Shown one piece after another: positions 9,161 through 18,527 of a stretch of DNA of 64,000 bases. The position numbers were made by a program, and so were the translations under genes. Numbering within the stretch: the first letter of the stretch is position 1; the number at the start of each line of letters is the position of its first letter. The notes under the pieces are model-generated. The model was not told where the DNA came from and did no database searches. It saw nothing but the letters and a program-made list of their open reading frames with translations. This DNA comes from Candidatus Sericytochromatia bacterium (lineage in GTDB: Bacteria; Cyanobacteriota; Sericytochromatia; S15B-MN24; VGJW01). The stretch covers positions 44,044 through 108,043 of the forward strand of contig JAYKHS010000028.1 in the NCBI GenBank assembly GCA_035285865.1, read 5' to 3'.

Positions 9161-10227
9161 AGGCCGATCTCGGCCACCAGTTGTCCTCCGCTCAGGTCGA
9201 GGCGCGACAGCGGCCACGCCGGGTCGGAGAGCGAGGCAATCGGCAGACGGATGCCATCCTTGGTGACGTCCGCTTCGATGTCCTGAGCACGCAGCTGGTT
9301 GCGGATCGCGTCCCACAAGGCGCGGATGGGGATGTCGGGCTTGAGGATCAGGTGACGGCCGGTGGTGCGTGCGGTCAGCCCCAACTGCAGCCGTGCGTTG
9401 CCGGCGCCGGGCACAAGCGGGCCCAGAATCGCCCCCAGGCCAGGCAGCACGGTGCCTTCCAGGCGCCACTGGCCCTGGCCCGGCTGCAGGCGTTCGATGG
9501 TGATGGCACCGCTCAGGCGGCGCGCGAGCATCTCGCCCACGAGGGCCGGGTCCAGCCGCACCTGAGCCTTACGGTCGCCACTGACGGCCGGAAGGGCCCC
9601 GGGGGTGGCCAGCACGAGTCGGTCCGGACCTTCCGCCCGGATCTCGGGATCGCCTTCGAACGTGACGCCGGGAAGGATGGCCGTCAGCGGCATTTCGAAG
9701 GCTTTCTCGGCTGGATTCCAAGCCACCGGACGACCTCGGGCAGCGGCATCGCGTGCGGCCTTGGCCATGATTCGGTTGTCGAACCAACCCGGTCCGGGAT
9801 GCCGGAACTCGCTCACGACGAGGCGAACCATCTGGCCGCGGACGGCCGGTCGTCCGTCGATGCGGAAGGGAACCCGGACCAGACCGCCGAACATTCGGTA
9901 ACGACCGGCCAGGACGAAACTCTTGCCGTCCGGAGCAAAGGTCATCGACGTTTCCTCGAGGCCTCTCTGGGCCCGCAGCATCTGGTTGACGGCGCGTTCC
10001 ACGAGGACCCGCGACAACTCGATGCCACCTCCGATCCTCAAGTTGCCCGGTCCGGCCGTCCGGACCCGGAGGTCGGCATCCCGAACCGTTGCCCGCCAGT
10101 CCGGACTCAGGACCGGCAGCGTCAAGGTCGGTGCGTTGCCCTTGCGAGGGCGCGCACGACCCGAGGGCCCGCGTGGTGGCGGGGCCGCAAGAAATCGGGA
10201 CAGATCACGGACAAGGGGTCGGGGCAT
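9148..10227 (-). CDS. hypothetical protein
   Basis: ORF 9148..10398. ATG chosen at MPRPLV so as not to overlap msrA. The plus-strand 398-aa ORF on the same DNA has antisense-type composition. Confidence 0.45.
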   Translation of the reverse strand: MPRPLVRDLSRFLAAPPPRGPSGRARPRKGNAPTLTLPVLSPDWRATVRDADLRVRTAGPGNLRIGGGIELSRVLVERAVNQMLRAQRGLEETSMTFAPDGKSFVLAGRYRMFGGLVRVPFRIDGRPAVRGQMVRLVVSEFRHPGPGWFDNRIMAKAARDAAARGRPVAWNPAEKAFEMPLTAILPGVTFEGDPEIRAEGPDRLVLATPGALPAVSGDRKAQVRLDPALVGEMLARRLSGAITIERLQPGQGQWRLEGTVLPGLGAILGPLVPGAGNARLQLGLTARTTGRHLILKPDIPIRALWDAIRNQLRAQDIEADVTKDGIRLPIASLSDPAWPLSRLDLSGGQLVAEIGLGQP

Positions 10228-10325
10228 GGCTTCAGGACTTGTCGGGTCCTGACCACCCGTGCTGGTGTGTACCCGGTTTGTCTTCCGGCGTATTTTTGAT
10301 GAAAAAAGCCTTAAGGCTCCCGAGC

Positions 10326-10874
10326 CTACCGCTCCTTGAGCCGACTGAGGAATTGCTTGCGGAACTTGGCGACCTTGGGCGCGATGACGGCCACGCAATA
10401 GGGCTGCGCCGGGTTCCTCGCCGCGTAATCCTGGTGGTAGGTCTCTGCCGGGTGAAAGACCGTCAGGGGCTTGACCTCGGTCACGAGCGGGTCCGGCCAG
10501 ATGCGGGCGGCGCGTATGCTGGCCATGACCTCGCGCGCCGTGCGCTCCTGGGAGGCGTCATGCGTCAGGATGATCGACCGGTACTGGGTGCCGGAGTCGG
10601 CCCCTTGTCTATTCAGCGTGGTCGGGTCATGGACGGTGAAGAACACCTCGAGCAGATCCCGGTAGGTAATTCGGGCCGGGTCGAAGTCGATGCGGACGAC
10701 CTCGGCGTGGCCCGTGCGGCCTGAGCACACGTCTTTGTAGGTCGGATCGGGCGTGTGGCCACCGGCATATCCGGACACCACGGTCCGGACTCCCTTGAGC
10801 TCGCGAAAGACAGCGTCAAGGCACCAGAAACAGCCGCCGCCGAGCGTGGCCGAGGCCAGCAGAATACCCGTCAT
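10326..10874 (-). CDS. msrA: peptide methionine sulfoxide reductase MsrA
   Basis: GGGCFWC active-site motif. Start taken at MTGILLASATLGGGCFWC. Confidence 0.9.
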   Translation of the reverse strand: MTGILLASATLGGGCFWCLDAVFRELKGVRTVVSGYAGGHTPDPTYKDVCSGRTGHAEVVRIDFDPARITYRDLLEVFFTVHDPTTLNRQGADSGTQYRSIILTHDASQERTAREVMASIRAARIWPDPLVTEVKPLTVFHPAETYHQDYAARNPAQPYCVAVIAPKVAKFRKQFLSRLKER

Positions 10875-10968
10875 GTCGTTTCTTTCCTCGGGCAGCTCGT
10901 TTCCGGGGGGCGGGCGACCCGGGCCCACGAGCAGGCTTGTGTCAATAGCGTATCATGGGAGCTGTCCC

Positions 10969-11049
10969 GGGGGTGTGGCGGAATGGCAGACGCATCCGAC
11001 TCAAAATCGGACGCCGCAAGGCATGTGGGTTCGACTCCCACCACCCCCA
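10969..11049 (+). tRNA. tRNA-Leu (anticodon CAA)
   Basis: Acceptor stem GGGGGTG/CACCCCC pairs perfectly. D-arm GCGGAATGGCAGACGC. Anticodon loop cTCAAaa. Long variable arm typical of class II tRNAs. T-arm GTGGGTTCGACTCCCAC. Discriminator A. CCA not encoded. Confidence 0.85.
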
Positions 11050-11165
11050 CCTCTTCTCCCGTCCGCTGGACGCCCCCCGGTCTGCGCTTCGCGCGCCTTG
11101 CCAGCCGCCTCCTGGGGCGGCGTTTCCCGGGGTTGGTGGCGCAGGTGGCTCGTCGCGGCTTCCTG

Positions 11166-11891
11166 ATGCCTCGGCGCTTGCCTGCACGGGAATGGGAGCT
11201 GGCCGGAATCGGCTGTGGTCAGCCCTTCGAGTTTCTGCCCGGCCTGGCCGGCCTGCGTTGGCCGGCCGCGGGGCCCCGCATCCTGTGCATTCATGGCTGG
11301 GAAGGGCGGTCGAGCCACTTTGTCGCCATCGCGGAGCGTCTGGCCGAATGCGGCTTCGACGTGATGTCGCTGGATGGCCCCGGCCACGGCCGCTCGGCTG
11401 GCAAGTTGGCCCATCCCGTGGCGTTTGCCGAAGCCTTGCTTGCGGTCGATGCGGTCCATGGGCCTTTTCACGCCGCAATCGGGCATTCGATGGGGGTCTC
11501 TGCCCTGCTCTACGCGCGGATGCTCGGCTTGCGGATCGATCGCATGGTCTGCCTGGCCGGTCCTCTGCGCGCAGCCGAGGTCCTTGAGCGATTCATGGAC
11601 ATGATGGAACTGGTCACGCCGGCACGGGAGCGGTTCGTGGCGATGGTGGAGAAGCTCGTGCGCCAGCCCGCGTCTTTGCTCGAGCTCGACCTGCTGGCGC
11701 CTCATCTGGGCGTTCCCGGGCTGATCGTGCACGGGACGGCCGACCCCGATGTTCCCTGGACCGACTCCGAGCAGTTGGCTGCTGCCTGGCCCGATTCGGA
11801 CCTGATGTTGCTCGAGGGCTTCGGCCATCGCCGCATTTTGCGCGAGGAGGCCGTGCTGGATCGCATCGAGGCGTTCCTGCAACTGGCGTGA
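11166..11891 (+). CDS. alpha/beta hydrolase fold protein
   Basis: ILCIHGWEG...HF (HG oxyanion region), nucleophile elbow GHSMG, and C-terminal catalytic His (GFGHRRIL). An alternative in-frame GTG start lies at about 11133. Confidence 0.75.
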   Translation: MPRRLPAREWELAGIGCGQPFEFLPGLAGLRWPAAGPRILCIHGWEGRSSHFVAIAERLAECGFDVMSLDGPGHGRSAGKLAHPVAFAEALLAVDAVHGPFHAAIGHSMGVSALLYARMLGLRIDRMVCLAGPLRAAEVLERFMDMMELVTPARERFVAMVEKLVRQPASLLELDLLAPHLGVPGLIVHGTADPDVPWTDSEQLAAAWPDSDLMLLEGFGHRRILREEAVLDRIEAFLQLA

Positions 11892-11897
11892 GGGAGG

Positions 11898-12938
11898 GTG
11901 CTGATGCGCAAGGCCGAGGGCAGTCGATTCTGGCGTCTCTTCACCATCGTGCAGTTGCTGCTCGTGAAGCCTCGCTGGTTCCGGGACCTGTTGGCGGACC
12001 TCGAAGGTGAAGGGTACCCGGTGGCCGAGAGCACGCTGGGAGAGGACCTTGCCGAGTTGGCCAGGATGGGCTGGCTGACCCCTCCGGGGCGTGGGTCCGG
12101 CAAACCGTACGCGTTGTGTCTGGAGCACGTGCCGCTGTTCCTGCCGGCCCAGGATTCGTTGTTCCTGCGACAAGCCGTCGAGCTCGCCGGACCCCCGGCT
12201 GCGATCCTGAGCGAACGCCTCAAGGCGGTTCTCAAGCGCGTGCCGACGCCTGTTCGAAAGCGGAACAAGGCCCTGGTCTGGCGCCCGCATGACCCTCGAC
12301 CGGACAAGTCCCGTCCGGATATCCTGCTCAGTTTGCTGGGCCCGATGGGCGAGGGGCATCAGTTCCGGTTCCGATACGCCTCCCCGACCCGACGCGAGGA
12401 TCCGGTCTGGTACAGGGCTACGGCGGCCCGGTTCGTCAACGTTGATGGGGCGCTCTGTATCGTGGCGTGCGTTCCTGACCTGCCGACGCGGGATGCCGAG
12501 GGATGCGTGCCCGTCGAGCGCCGGGGCTCCCCCATCCAGCGCGAGTTCCGCCTCGATCGCATCCAGGAAGTGCGGGAGATCGGGGGGAGGCCGGCTCCTT
12601 CCATGCGCATGGAAGACCTCGAGCCGTGTCGCTTCCTGTATCTCGTTTCCGAAAGCTTCCTGAGAATCTGGGCACCGCCACAGAATCATCGGCTGCTGGA
12701 TCCTGCCGACGTCGGCGGGCTGGTCTGTCCGGCCGGGTGGAAGGTCTACCTCGGCGAATCCGTTTCAGCTTTTCGTGCCGCCCGATGGCTGGTGGAGAAG
12801 GGCGACGGGGTCTTCGTTCCCGACCTGCCCGCACCTTACGAACCGGCAGGCCAGACCGGCGAAGTGCGGCAGGTGCTTGCGGAGCATGCGCGCAAGATTG
12901 CGGCTCTTTATGCCGGCAGCGATCCGCTGCCGTCGTAG
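11898..12938 (+). CDS. WYL-domain transcriptional regulator (HTH-WYL-C-terminal extension)
   Basis: N-terminal winged-helix-like segment (RFWRLFTIVQLLL...VAESTLGEDLAELARMGWL). WYL-domain signature W-Y...REFRLDRIQEV (PVWYRATAARFVNVDG ... REFRLDRI). Confidence 0.7.
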   Translation: MLMRKAEGSRFWRLFTIVQLLLVKPRWFRDLLADLEGEGYPVAESTLGEDLAELARMGWLTPPGRGSGKPYALCLEHVPLFLPAQDSLFLRQAVELAGPPAAILSERLKAVLKRVPTPVRKRNKALVWRPHDPRPDKSRPDILLSLLGPMGEGHQFRFRYASPTRREDPVWYRATAARFVNVDGALCIVACVPDLPTRDAEGCVPVERRGSPIQREFRLDRIQEVREIGGRPAPSMRMEDLEPCRFLYLVSESFLRIWAPPQNHRLLDPADVGGLVCPAGWKVYLGESVSAFRAARWLVEKGDGVFVPDLPAPYEPAGQTGEVRQVLAEHARKIAALYAGSDPLPS

Positions 12939-12996
12939 AACCCTGAAAACGCGGAGTCATGTGCGCTGCCGGGCACGCATGCTGGGGCTGTGACCC

Positions 12997-14967
12997 TTGG
13001 TGTCCGGAGGCAACATGTCCGACTCAACCCCGCGCCGTTCGCGCCCGGCTGCCGCCGAATCACCGGATGCGTGGCTGGATCTGCTGACCCGCCTCGTCCA
13101 TCTCGACCTGCGCTGCCTTGGTATCCGGCGCGAGCTTCGACGACAGGCAGAGGCGCTCCAGATGGGAGACCTGCGGGCACCTGCACGAGCTGCGGGGCCG
13201 CTGCGAGATGAGCTGTCGGCGCTCGAGGCCGATGCCGTTCATCTGCGCCAGCTTCTGCCCGAGCAGCCTCGGCTCGAGCGTCTGCTCGAATACCTGGGGC
13301 TGGGGGACGATGGCCGTCACCTGCTCCACCTCATGTTGGTGTGGGATCGCATCGAGGCTCGCTCCATGGTCCTGTCCCAACTCGGGCCGCTGCGGCGTGC
13401 CGGCCGCGCGGCACATCTTCGGTCCGACCATCTCGTCGTCTGGCTGGATCGGGGTGGTCCGCCGACTGGACGCCACGCCACCCTGCTGCACGCAGACCAT
13501 CCGATCTGGGCCTCGGGCGTAGTCGAGCAGAATCGCTCGGGCGTGCATATGTCCGACATCGTCAGGACGTGGTTGCTCGGGGCGGATTGTCCGGGCTTGA
13601 CTGTGATGCGCCGCATCGGCCGTCCGGGTTCCGGGTTGCCGGGCCGTCTCGTCGTCGGTTTGCGGGAGTTGCTCTCGGGGGCCGGACCGCTCGTGCCCGT
13701 GGTCCATCTGCAGGGCTTCGCCGCAGAGCGCGCCGAACAGTTGCTGCGTTCTGCCTGGCGTGGCGTCACGGTCGTCCGGCTCGACTGGACCGTGCGTCCT
13801 GATTTCACCGCAGCTGGCCTTGCCGCGCCCGTGCGCGAGGCATGGGTCCACGCGGCGCCCTTGGTCGTGCTGCTGCCGGCATGTCCGCGCACCGGGTCCG
13901 ATCGGCAGACCATCCAGGACGTCATCCGATTCCAGATCGAGGCCCGAAGGCTCGCGGTTCCCCTGGTCCTCGTGACGCCTCCGGGTGGCATCTCGTTCCT
14001 GCCCCTGCTGCCACACGCCGCGACGCTTCTGCCCGAGTCCGGGGGTTCGCGGTCCGGCCTCCGCGACCACGCTGCGCGTCCCGTCCCGGATGCACGCCGG
14101 CAGGCGTATCCGTTCGAGGAGGGTCCTGCGGTGGCCACCCGGACTGGGCGCAAGCGTCGTCCTGCGCGCCCCGTGGCTGCAGAGGGCCCGACGCTCGCGT
14201 CTCTCGTCCTCGCACCGGATCTGCGCGAACAGGTGGAAGAGTTGTGCTTTGCCGCCAGGGCCGGGGCCGAAAGGCTGTCGGCCGTGCGCCTCGGACCTGC
14301 CCCGTGGGGCAAGGCCGTGGTGGCGCTGTTCGCCGGCCCCCCGGGGACGGGCAAGACGCTGCTGGCGACCGCGCTTGCCCAGCACTTGGGGCGACCGCTT
14401 GTGACCCGGACGCTGGGGCAACTGCTGGACAAGTTCGTCGGTGAGTCCGAGAAGCAGGTCGAGGCTCTGTTCTCGGAGGCACGCGAGCAAAATGCCGTGC
14501 TCTTCCTCGACGAAGTCGATGCCATGCTGGCTGCCCGTGGGGGGCACGCGCTACAGCGTCACGATGACCGCCTGGTCAACCACCTCCTCGTTCTCCTCGA
14601 GGCGCATGAAGGCCTCGTGCTCATGGCCACGAACCGTGCGGACATCCTCGATGAGGCCGTGCGCAGGCGCGTGATGTTCACGCTGACGTTCCGAGACCCC
14701 GGACCCGTGGAGGTCGAGGCGCTTTGGCGCCTTCATCTCGCACACCCGGACCTGCCGCTGGCCCCGGACCTGGACTTGACCGGCCTCGCCAGACGCTATC
14801 CCTTGCGGGGCGGCTATATCCTGCAAGCCTGCCGCAAGGCGGCCATACGTGGAGCGATGCGCGGCGAGACCATCGATCAGGCCATGCTCGAACATCTGGC
14901 TGCCGAGGCCTTTCAGCAGGCGGGAACGGGACGCGGCCGGCCGATGGGGTTCGGCCGGGGCGCCTGA
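12997..14967 (+). CDS. AAA+ ATPase with a large N-terminal domain of unknown function
   Basis: C-terminal AAA module: Walker A GPPGTGKT, Walker B VLFLDEVD, sensor-1 ATNR, arginine region RRRV. About 400 N-terminal residues have no recognised family. An alternative start lies at MSDST (13015). Confidence 0.8.
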   Translation: MVSGGNMSDSTPRRSRPAAAESPDAWLDLLTRLVHLDLRCLGIRRELRRQAEALQMGDLRAPARAAGPLRDELSALEADAVHLRQLLPEQPRLERLLEYLGLGDDGRHLLHLMLVWDRIEARSMVLSQLGPLRRAGRAAHLRSDHLVVWLDRGGPPTGRHATLLHADHPIWASGVVEQNRSGVHMSDIVRTWLLGADCPGLTVMRRIGRPGSGLPGRLVVGLRELLSGAGPLVPVVHLQGFAAERAEQLLRSAWRGVTVVRLDWTVRPDFTAAGLAAPVREAWVHAAPLVVLLPACPRTGSDRQTIQDVIRFQIEARRLAVPLVLVTPPGGISFLPLLPHAATLLPESGGSRSGLRDHAARPVPDARRQAYPFEEGPAVATRTGRKRRPARPVAAEGPTLASLVLAPDLREQVEELCFAARAGAERLSAVRLGPAPWGKAVVALFAGPPGTGKTLLATALAQHLGRPLVTRTLGQLLDKFVGESEKQVEALFSEAREQNAVLFLDEVDAMLAARGGHALQRHDDRLVNHLLVLLEAHEGLVLMATNRADILDEAVRRRVMFTLTFRDPGPVEVEALWRLHLAHPDLPLAPDLDLTGLARRYPLRGGYILQACRKAAIRGAMRGETIDQAMLEHLAAEAFQQAGTGRGRPMGFGRGA

Positions 14968-14969
14968 GC

Positions 14970-15857
<888 letters not shown>

Positions 15858-15975
15858 GGCTTTGCTCCGCAAGGCTCGGACCCGAATGGGCCCCCATGAC
15901 CTCAGATTCGGCCGGGATGCGGTTTTCTTGAGTCTAAAGGCTGCTACAATCCGCCTCGGGTGACCGCCATCACGC

Positions 15976-17274
15976 TTGCCGTCACGCCGCGAGGGGGTGA
16001 GGGCCATCGGCGAGGAGAAGACCGAGCCCGCGACAGACCACAAGCGCCAGGAAGCGCGTCAGCGTGGTCAGGTCCTCAAGAGCCAGGACGTCATCATCGC
16101 CGTGCTGCTTTTTGCCGTGGCCTACAGCCTCGGGGCGCTGGGCGGTTTCTGGTACAAGACCCTTTACGGCTACGTCCTCGAGACCATCGAGTCTGTTCCT
16201 TCCCATGCCGCACTCGACTTCAACCTTGCGATGCGGCTCGTAGGCAAGGGCCTGCTGGTCGTCTTCATGTGCTCGGCTCCGATTGCCGCCATCGCATTCC
16301 TGATGACGTGGCTGGCGAACCTGCTGCAGGTCGGCGTGCTGTTCACCACCAAGCCCCTGTCCTTCGAAGAGGGCATCAAGAAGCTCAACCCGATCGCCGG
16401 CTTCAAGAAGATCTTCTCGATGAAGCAGGTCATCGAGGTTATCAAGGCCTTCGTCAAGATCATCGTGATCGGCTGGGTGATCTATGGCGTCATCCGCGAT
16501 GCACTCGGCGTCATCCTGAGGTCGACGGAGATGCATCCCGCAGGGGCTCTGGGCTTTGCCGGAACCCTGATCGAGGCCATCGGCAAGAAGGTGGCTCTCG
16601 CCATGGTGCTGATTGCCGTCCTCGACTACTTCCTGCAGCGCTGGCAGTACGAGAAGTCGCTGCGCATGAGCCACAAGGAGATCAAGGAGGAATACAAGAA
16701 GCTCGAGGGGGATCCCCTGGTGAAGGCCCGTCAGCGCCAGAAGCAGATGGAGATGGCCATGAGCGCGATGCGGGGCAATGTCGAGATGGCCGATGTCGTG
16801 GTCACGAACCCCACGCACCTTGCCGTTGCCTTGGCCTACAAGCCCACGCAAGGCATCCGGACGCCCAGGGTCGTCGCCAAGGGCCAGGACAGGGCGGCAC
16901 TTGAGATCCGGCGCATCGCGCAGGAGAACTTCATCCTCGTGGTCGAGGACATCGACGTGGCCCGGACGCTCTATGGTCAAGTCAAGGTCGACCAGGACAT
17001 CCCTCCCGAACTCTTCCAGGCGGTGGCAAAGATCATCGCGCTGCTCTTCAAGGGGCGGCGACGTCCTGGCCCCGTGCGGCCGGGTGCCGCTGCCCCGCCA
17101 CCGGCACCGACCGCCATCGACTTTCTGGGTTCGGGGCCTCGGCTTGACGAGGCCGAAGTGGCGGCCATGGCCGACGCAGCGCAACGCGAACTTGAGCGCA
17201 TGGCCCGGGAGCAGGAGAGCCTGCGTCTGCCCCCCCCGGACGATGGACCGACATCGCCCGGCGTTCCGGTGTGA
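15976..17274 (+). CDS. flhB: FlhB/YscU-family export-apparatus switch protein (full length, with Pro-rich C-terminal extension)
   Basis: N-terminus EKTEPATDHKRQEARQRGQVLKSQDV. Four TM segments. Autocleavage motif NPTH (VVTNPTHLAVAL). C-terminal extension rich in P/A. Confidence 0.8.
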   Translation: MPSRREGVRAIGEEKTEPATDHKRQEARQRGQVLKSQDVIIAVLLFAVAYSLGALGGFWYKTLYGYVLETIESVPSHAALDFNLAMRLVGKGLLVVFMCSAPIAAIAFLMTWLANLLQVGVLFTTKPLSFEEGIKKLNPIAGFKKIFSMKQVIEVIKAFVKIIVIGWVIYGVIRDALGVILRSTEMHPAGALGFAGTLIEAIGKKVALAMVLIAVLDYFLQRWQYEKSLRMSHKEIKEEYKKLEGDPLVKARQRQKQMEMAMSAMRGNVEMADVVVTNPTHLAVALAYKPTQGIRTPRVVAKGQDRAALEIRRIAQENFILVVEDIDVARTLYGQVKVDQDIPPELFQAVAKIIALLFKGRRRPGPVRPGAAAPPPAPTAIDFLGSGPRLDEAEVAAMADAAQRELERMAREQESLRLPPPDDGPTSPGVPV

Positions 17275-17349
17275 GCAGGTGAGGCGAGGGGTAGGGAACC
17301 CCTAGTCCTTCCGGTTCGTCATCGGGTGGAAGGGTGGAGGTTTCCGAAG

Positions 17350-18474
17350 ATGCACCTCTTGCGCAGGTCCCTGTTGTCCGCTCTGTTTGCCGCAGGCCTC
17401 GGGGTTTCCAATGCCGGCCCCGCCTGGGCCGGGCAGCTCGCGGACGCACGTCGCCACATCGAGCGCGAGGACTACAGACGGGCCATCGACGTCCTTGCCG
17501 AGTACACTCAGAAGTTTCCCAATGAGCCCCGGGGCTGGGCGCTGCTCGCCGACTGCTACCAAGGCATCTTTCCCCCGCGGGTCTCGGATGCCGAGGATGC
17601 CTTGAACCGGAAGGCCGCCGCCGAGAACAAGCGCAGCGCCATCTATCAGAGCTTCCAGAAGCTGGAGGCATCCGCGCTGTATCAGAAGATGATCAAGGAC
17701 GATCCGGAAGATCCGGTGGCGAACCTGCTGCTGGCGATTGCCCTCGTGGTGAATGACCGCGATGGCAATCGAGCCAAGGTTCAATTGGAGCGTTTCCTTG
17801 AGTTGGGGGGGGCGTCGGCCGATCTCGCGGACGCCGCGCTGGGCGCCCAAGGTCTGGTTTACACCGCGACCAAGCAGTGGGATGAGGCGCGCCTTGCTTA
17901 TGAGCGCCTGAAGCAGCGCACGGGCAGCACCTTTGCCATGGTCAAGCTGCGTGAGGTGAGCCGGCTCGAGGCCGAAGATCGGGACGCCCGGTATGCGGCT
18001 GCAAACGACCCCGCGCGGGTGGCGGAGCGGCGCTACCTCCAGCTGATCGAGGGTGCCAAGGGCCTGATTGCCGAGGGCAACAGCTCGGGGGCGGTAGACC
18101 TGCTGGAAGAGGCTGTCAAGCTGCGTCCGGAGGGCAAGGAGGCACCTCCGCTTCTGGACGAGGCTCGCATCCAGGGTGCCAAGGAGATGTTTGCCAAGGG
18201 CAAGCAGCTGACGGACGACAGCAAGTACGCCCAGGCATACGGATGTTTCGAACGGGCCATCCAGCTCGATCCGACCAACGAGGATGCCGTGCTCGGCTTG
18301 AAGCACGTTCAGAAGAGCCTGTCGGAGCTCGAGGGTCCCAAGGTGGTTCGGCGGATCATCAGTGCGACGGAAAGCGTCGAGGCCTCCGCTTCCGTTCCGC
18401 CCTCTCCCTCCGTGGTGGTGACGCCACCGGCCAAGCCGCCCGCGAAGGGGCCGGCCAAGCCGGCGGGCAAGTAG
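17350..18474 (+). CDS. secreted TPR-repeat protein
   Basis: Signal peptide (LLSALFAAGLGVSNAGPAWA). Several TPR-like helical repeats. Lys/Pro-rich C-terminus. Confidence 0.6.
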   Translation: MHLLRRSLLSALFAAGLGVSNAGPAWAGQLADARRHIEREDYRRAIDVLAEYTQKFPNEPRGWALLADCYQGIFPPRVSDAEDALNRKAAAENKRSAIYQSFQKLEASALYQKMIKDDPEDPVANLLLAIALVVNDRDGNRAKVQLERFLELGGASADLADAALGAQGLVYTATKQWDEARLAYERLKQRTGSTFAMVKLREVSRLEAEDRDARYAAANDPARVAERRYLQLIEGAKGLIAEGNSSGAVDLLEEAVKLRPEGKEAPPLLDEARIQGAKEMFAKGKQLTDDSKYAQAYGCFERAIQLDPTNEDAVLGLKHVQKSLSELEGPKVVRRIISATESVEASASVPPSPSVVVTPPAKPPAKGPAKPAGK

Positions 18475-18527
18475 ACAGGACCGTTGGCCCGGTGGCCTTC
18501 CGTCACCGGGCCAACGACCTCCTGCGT

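Noticed and set aside
9103-10299. 398-aa + strand ORF
   Set aside because: Antisense to the more protein-like minus-strand gene 9148-10227. It begins in the AT-rich intergenic region and has antisense-type composition.
11001-12689. 562-aa ORF on the minus strand
   Set aside because: Antisense to the alpha/beta hydrolase and WYL regulator genes. Arg/Pro/Gly-rich with no motifs.
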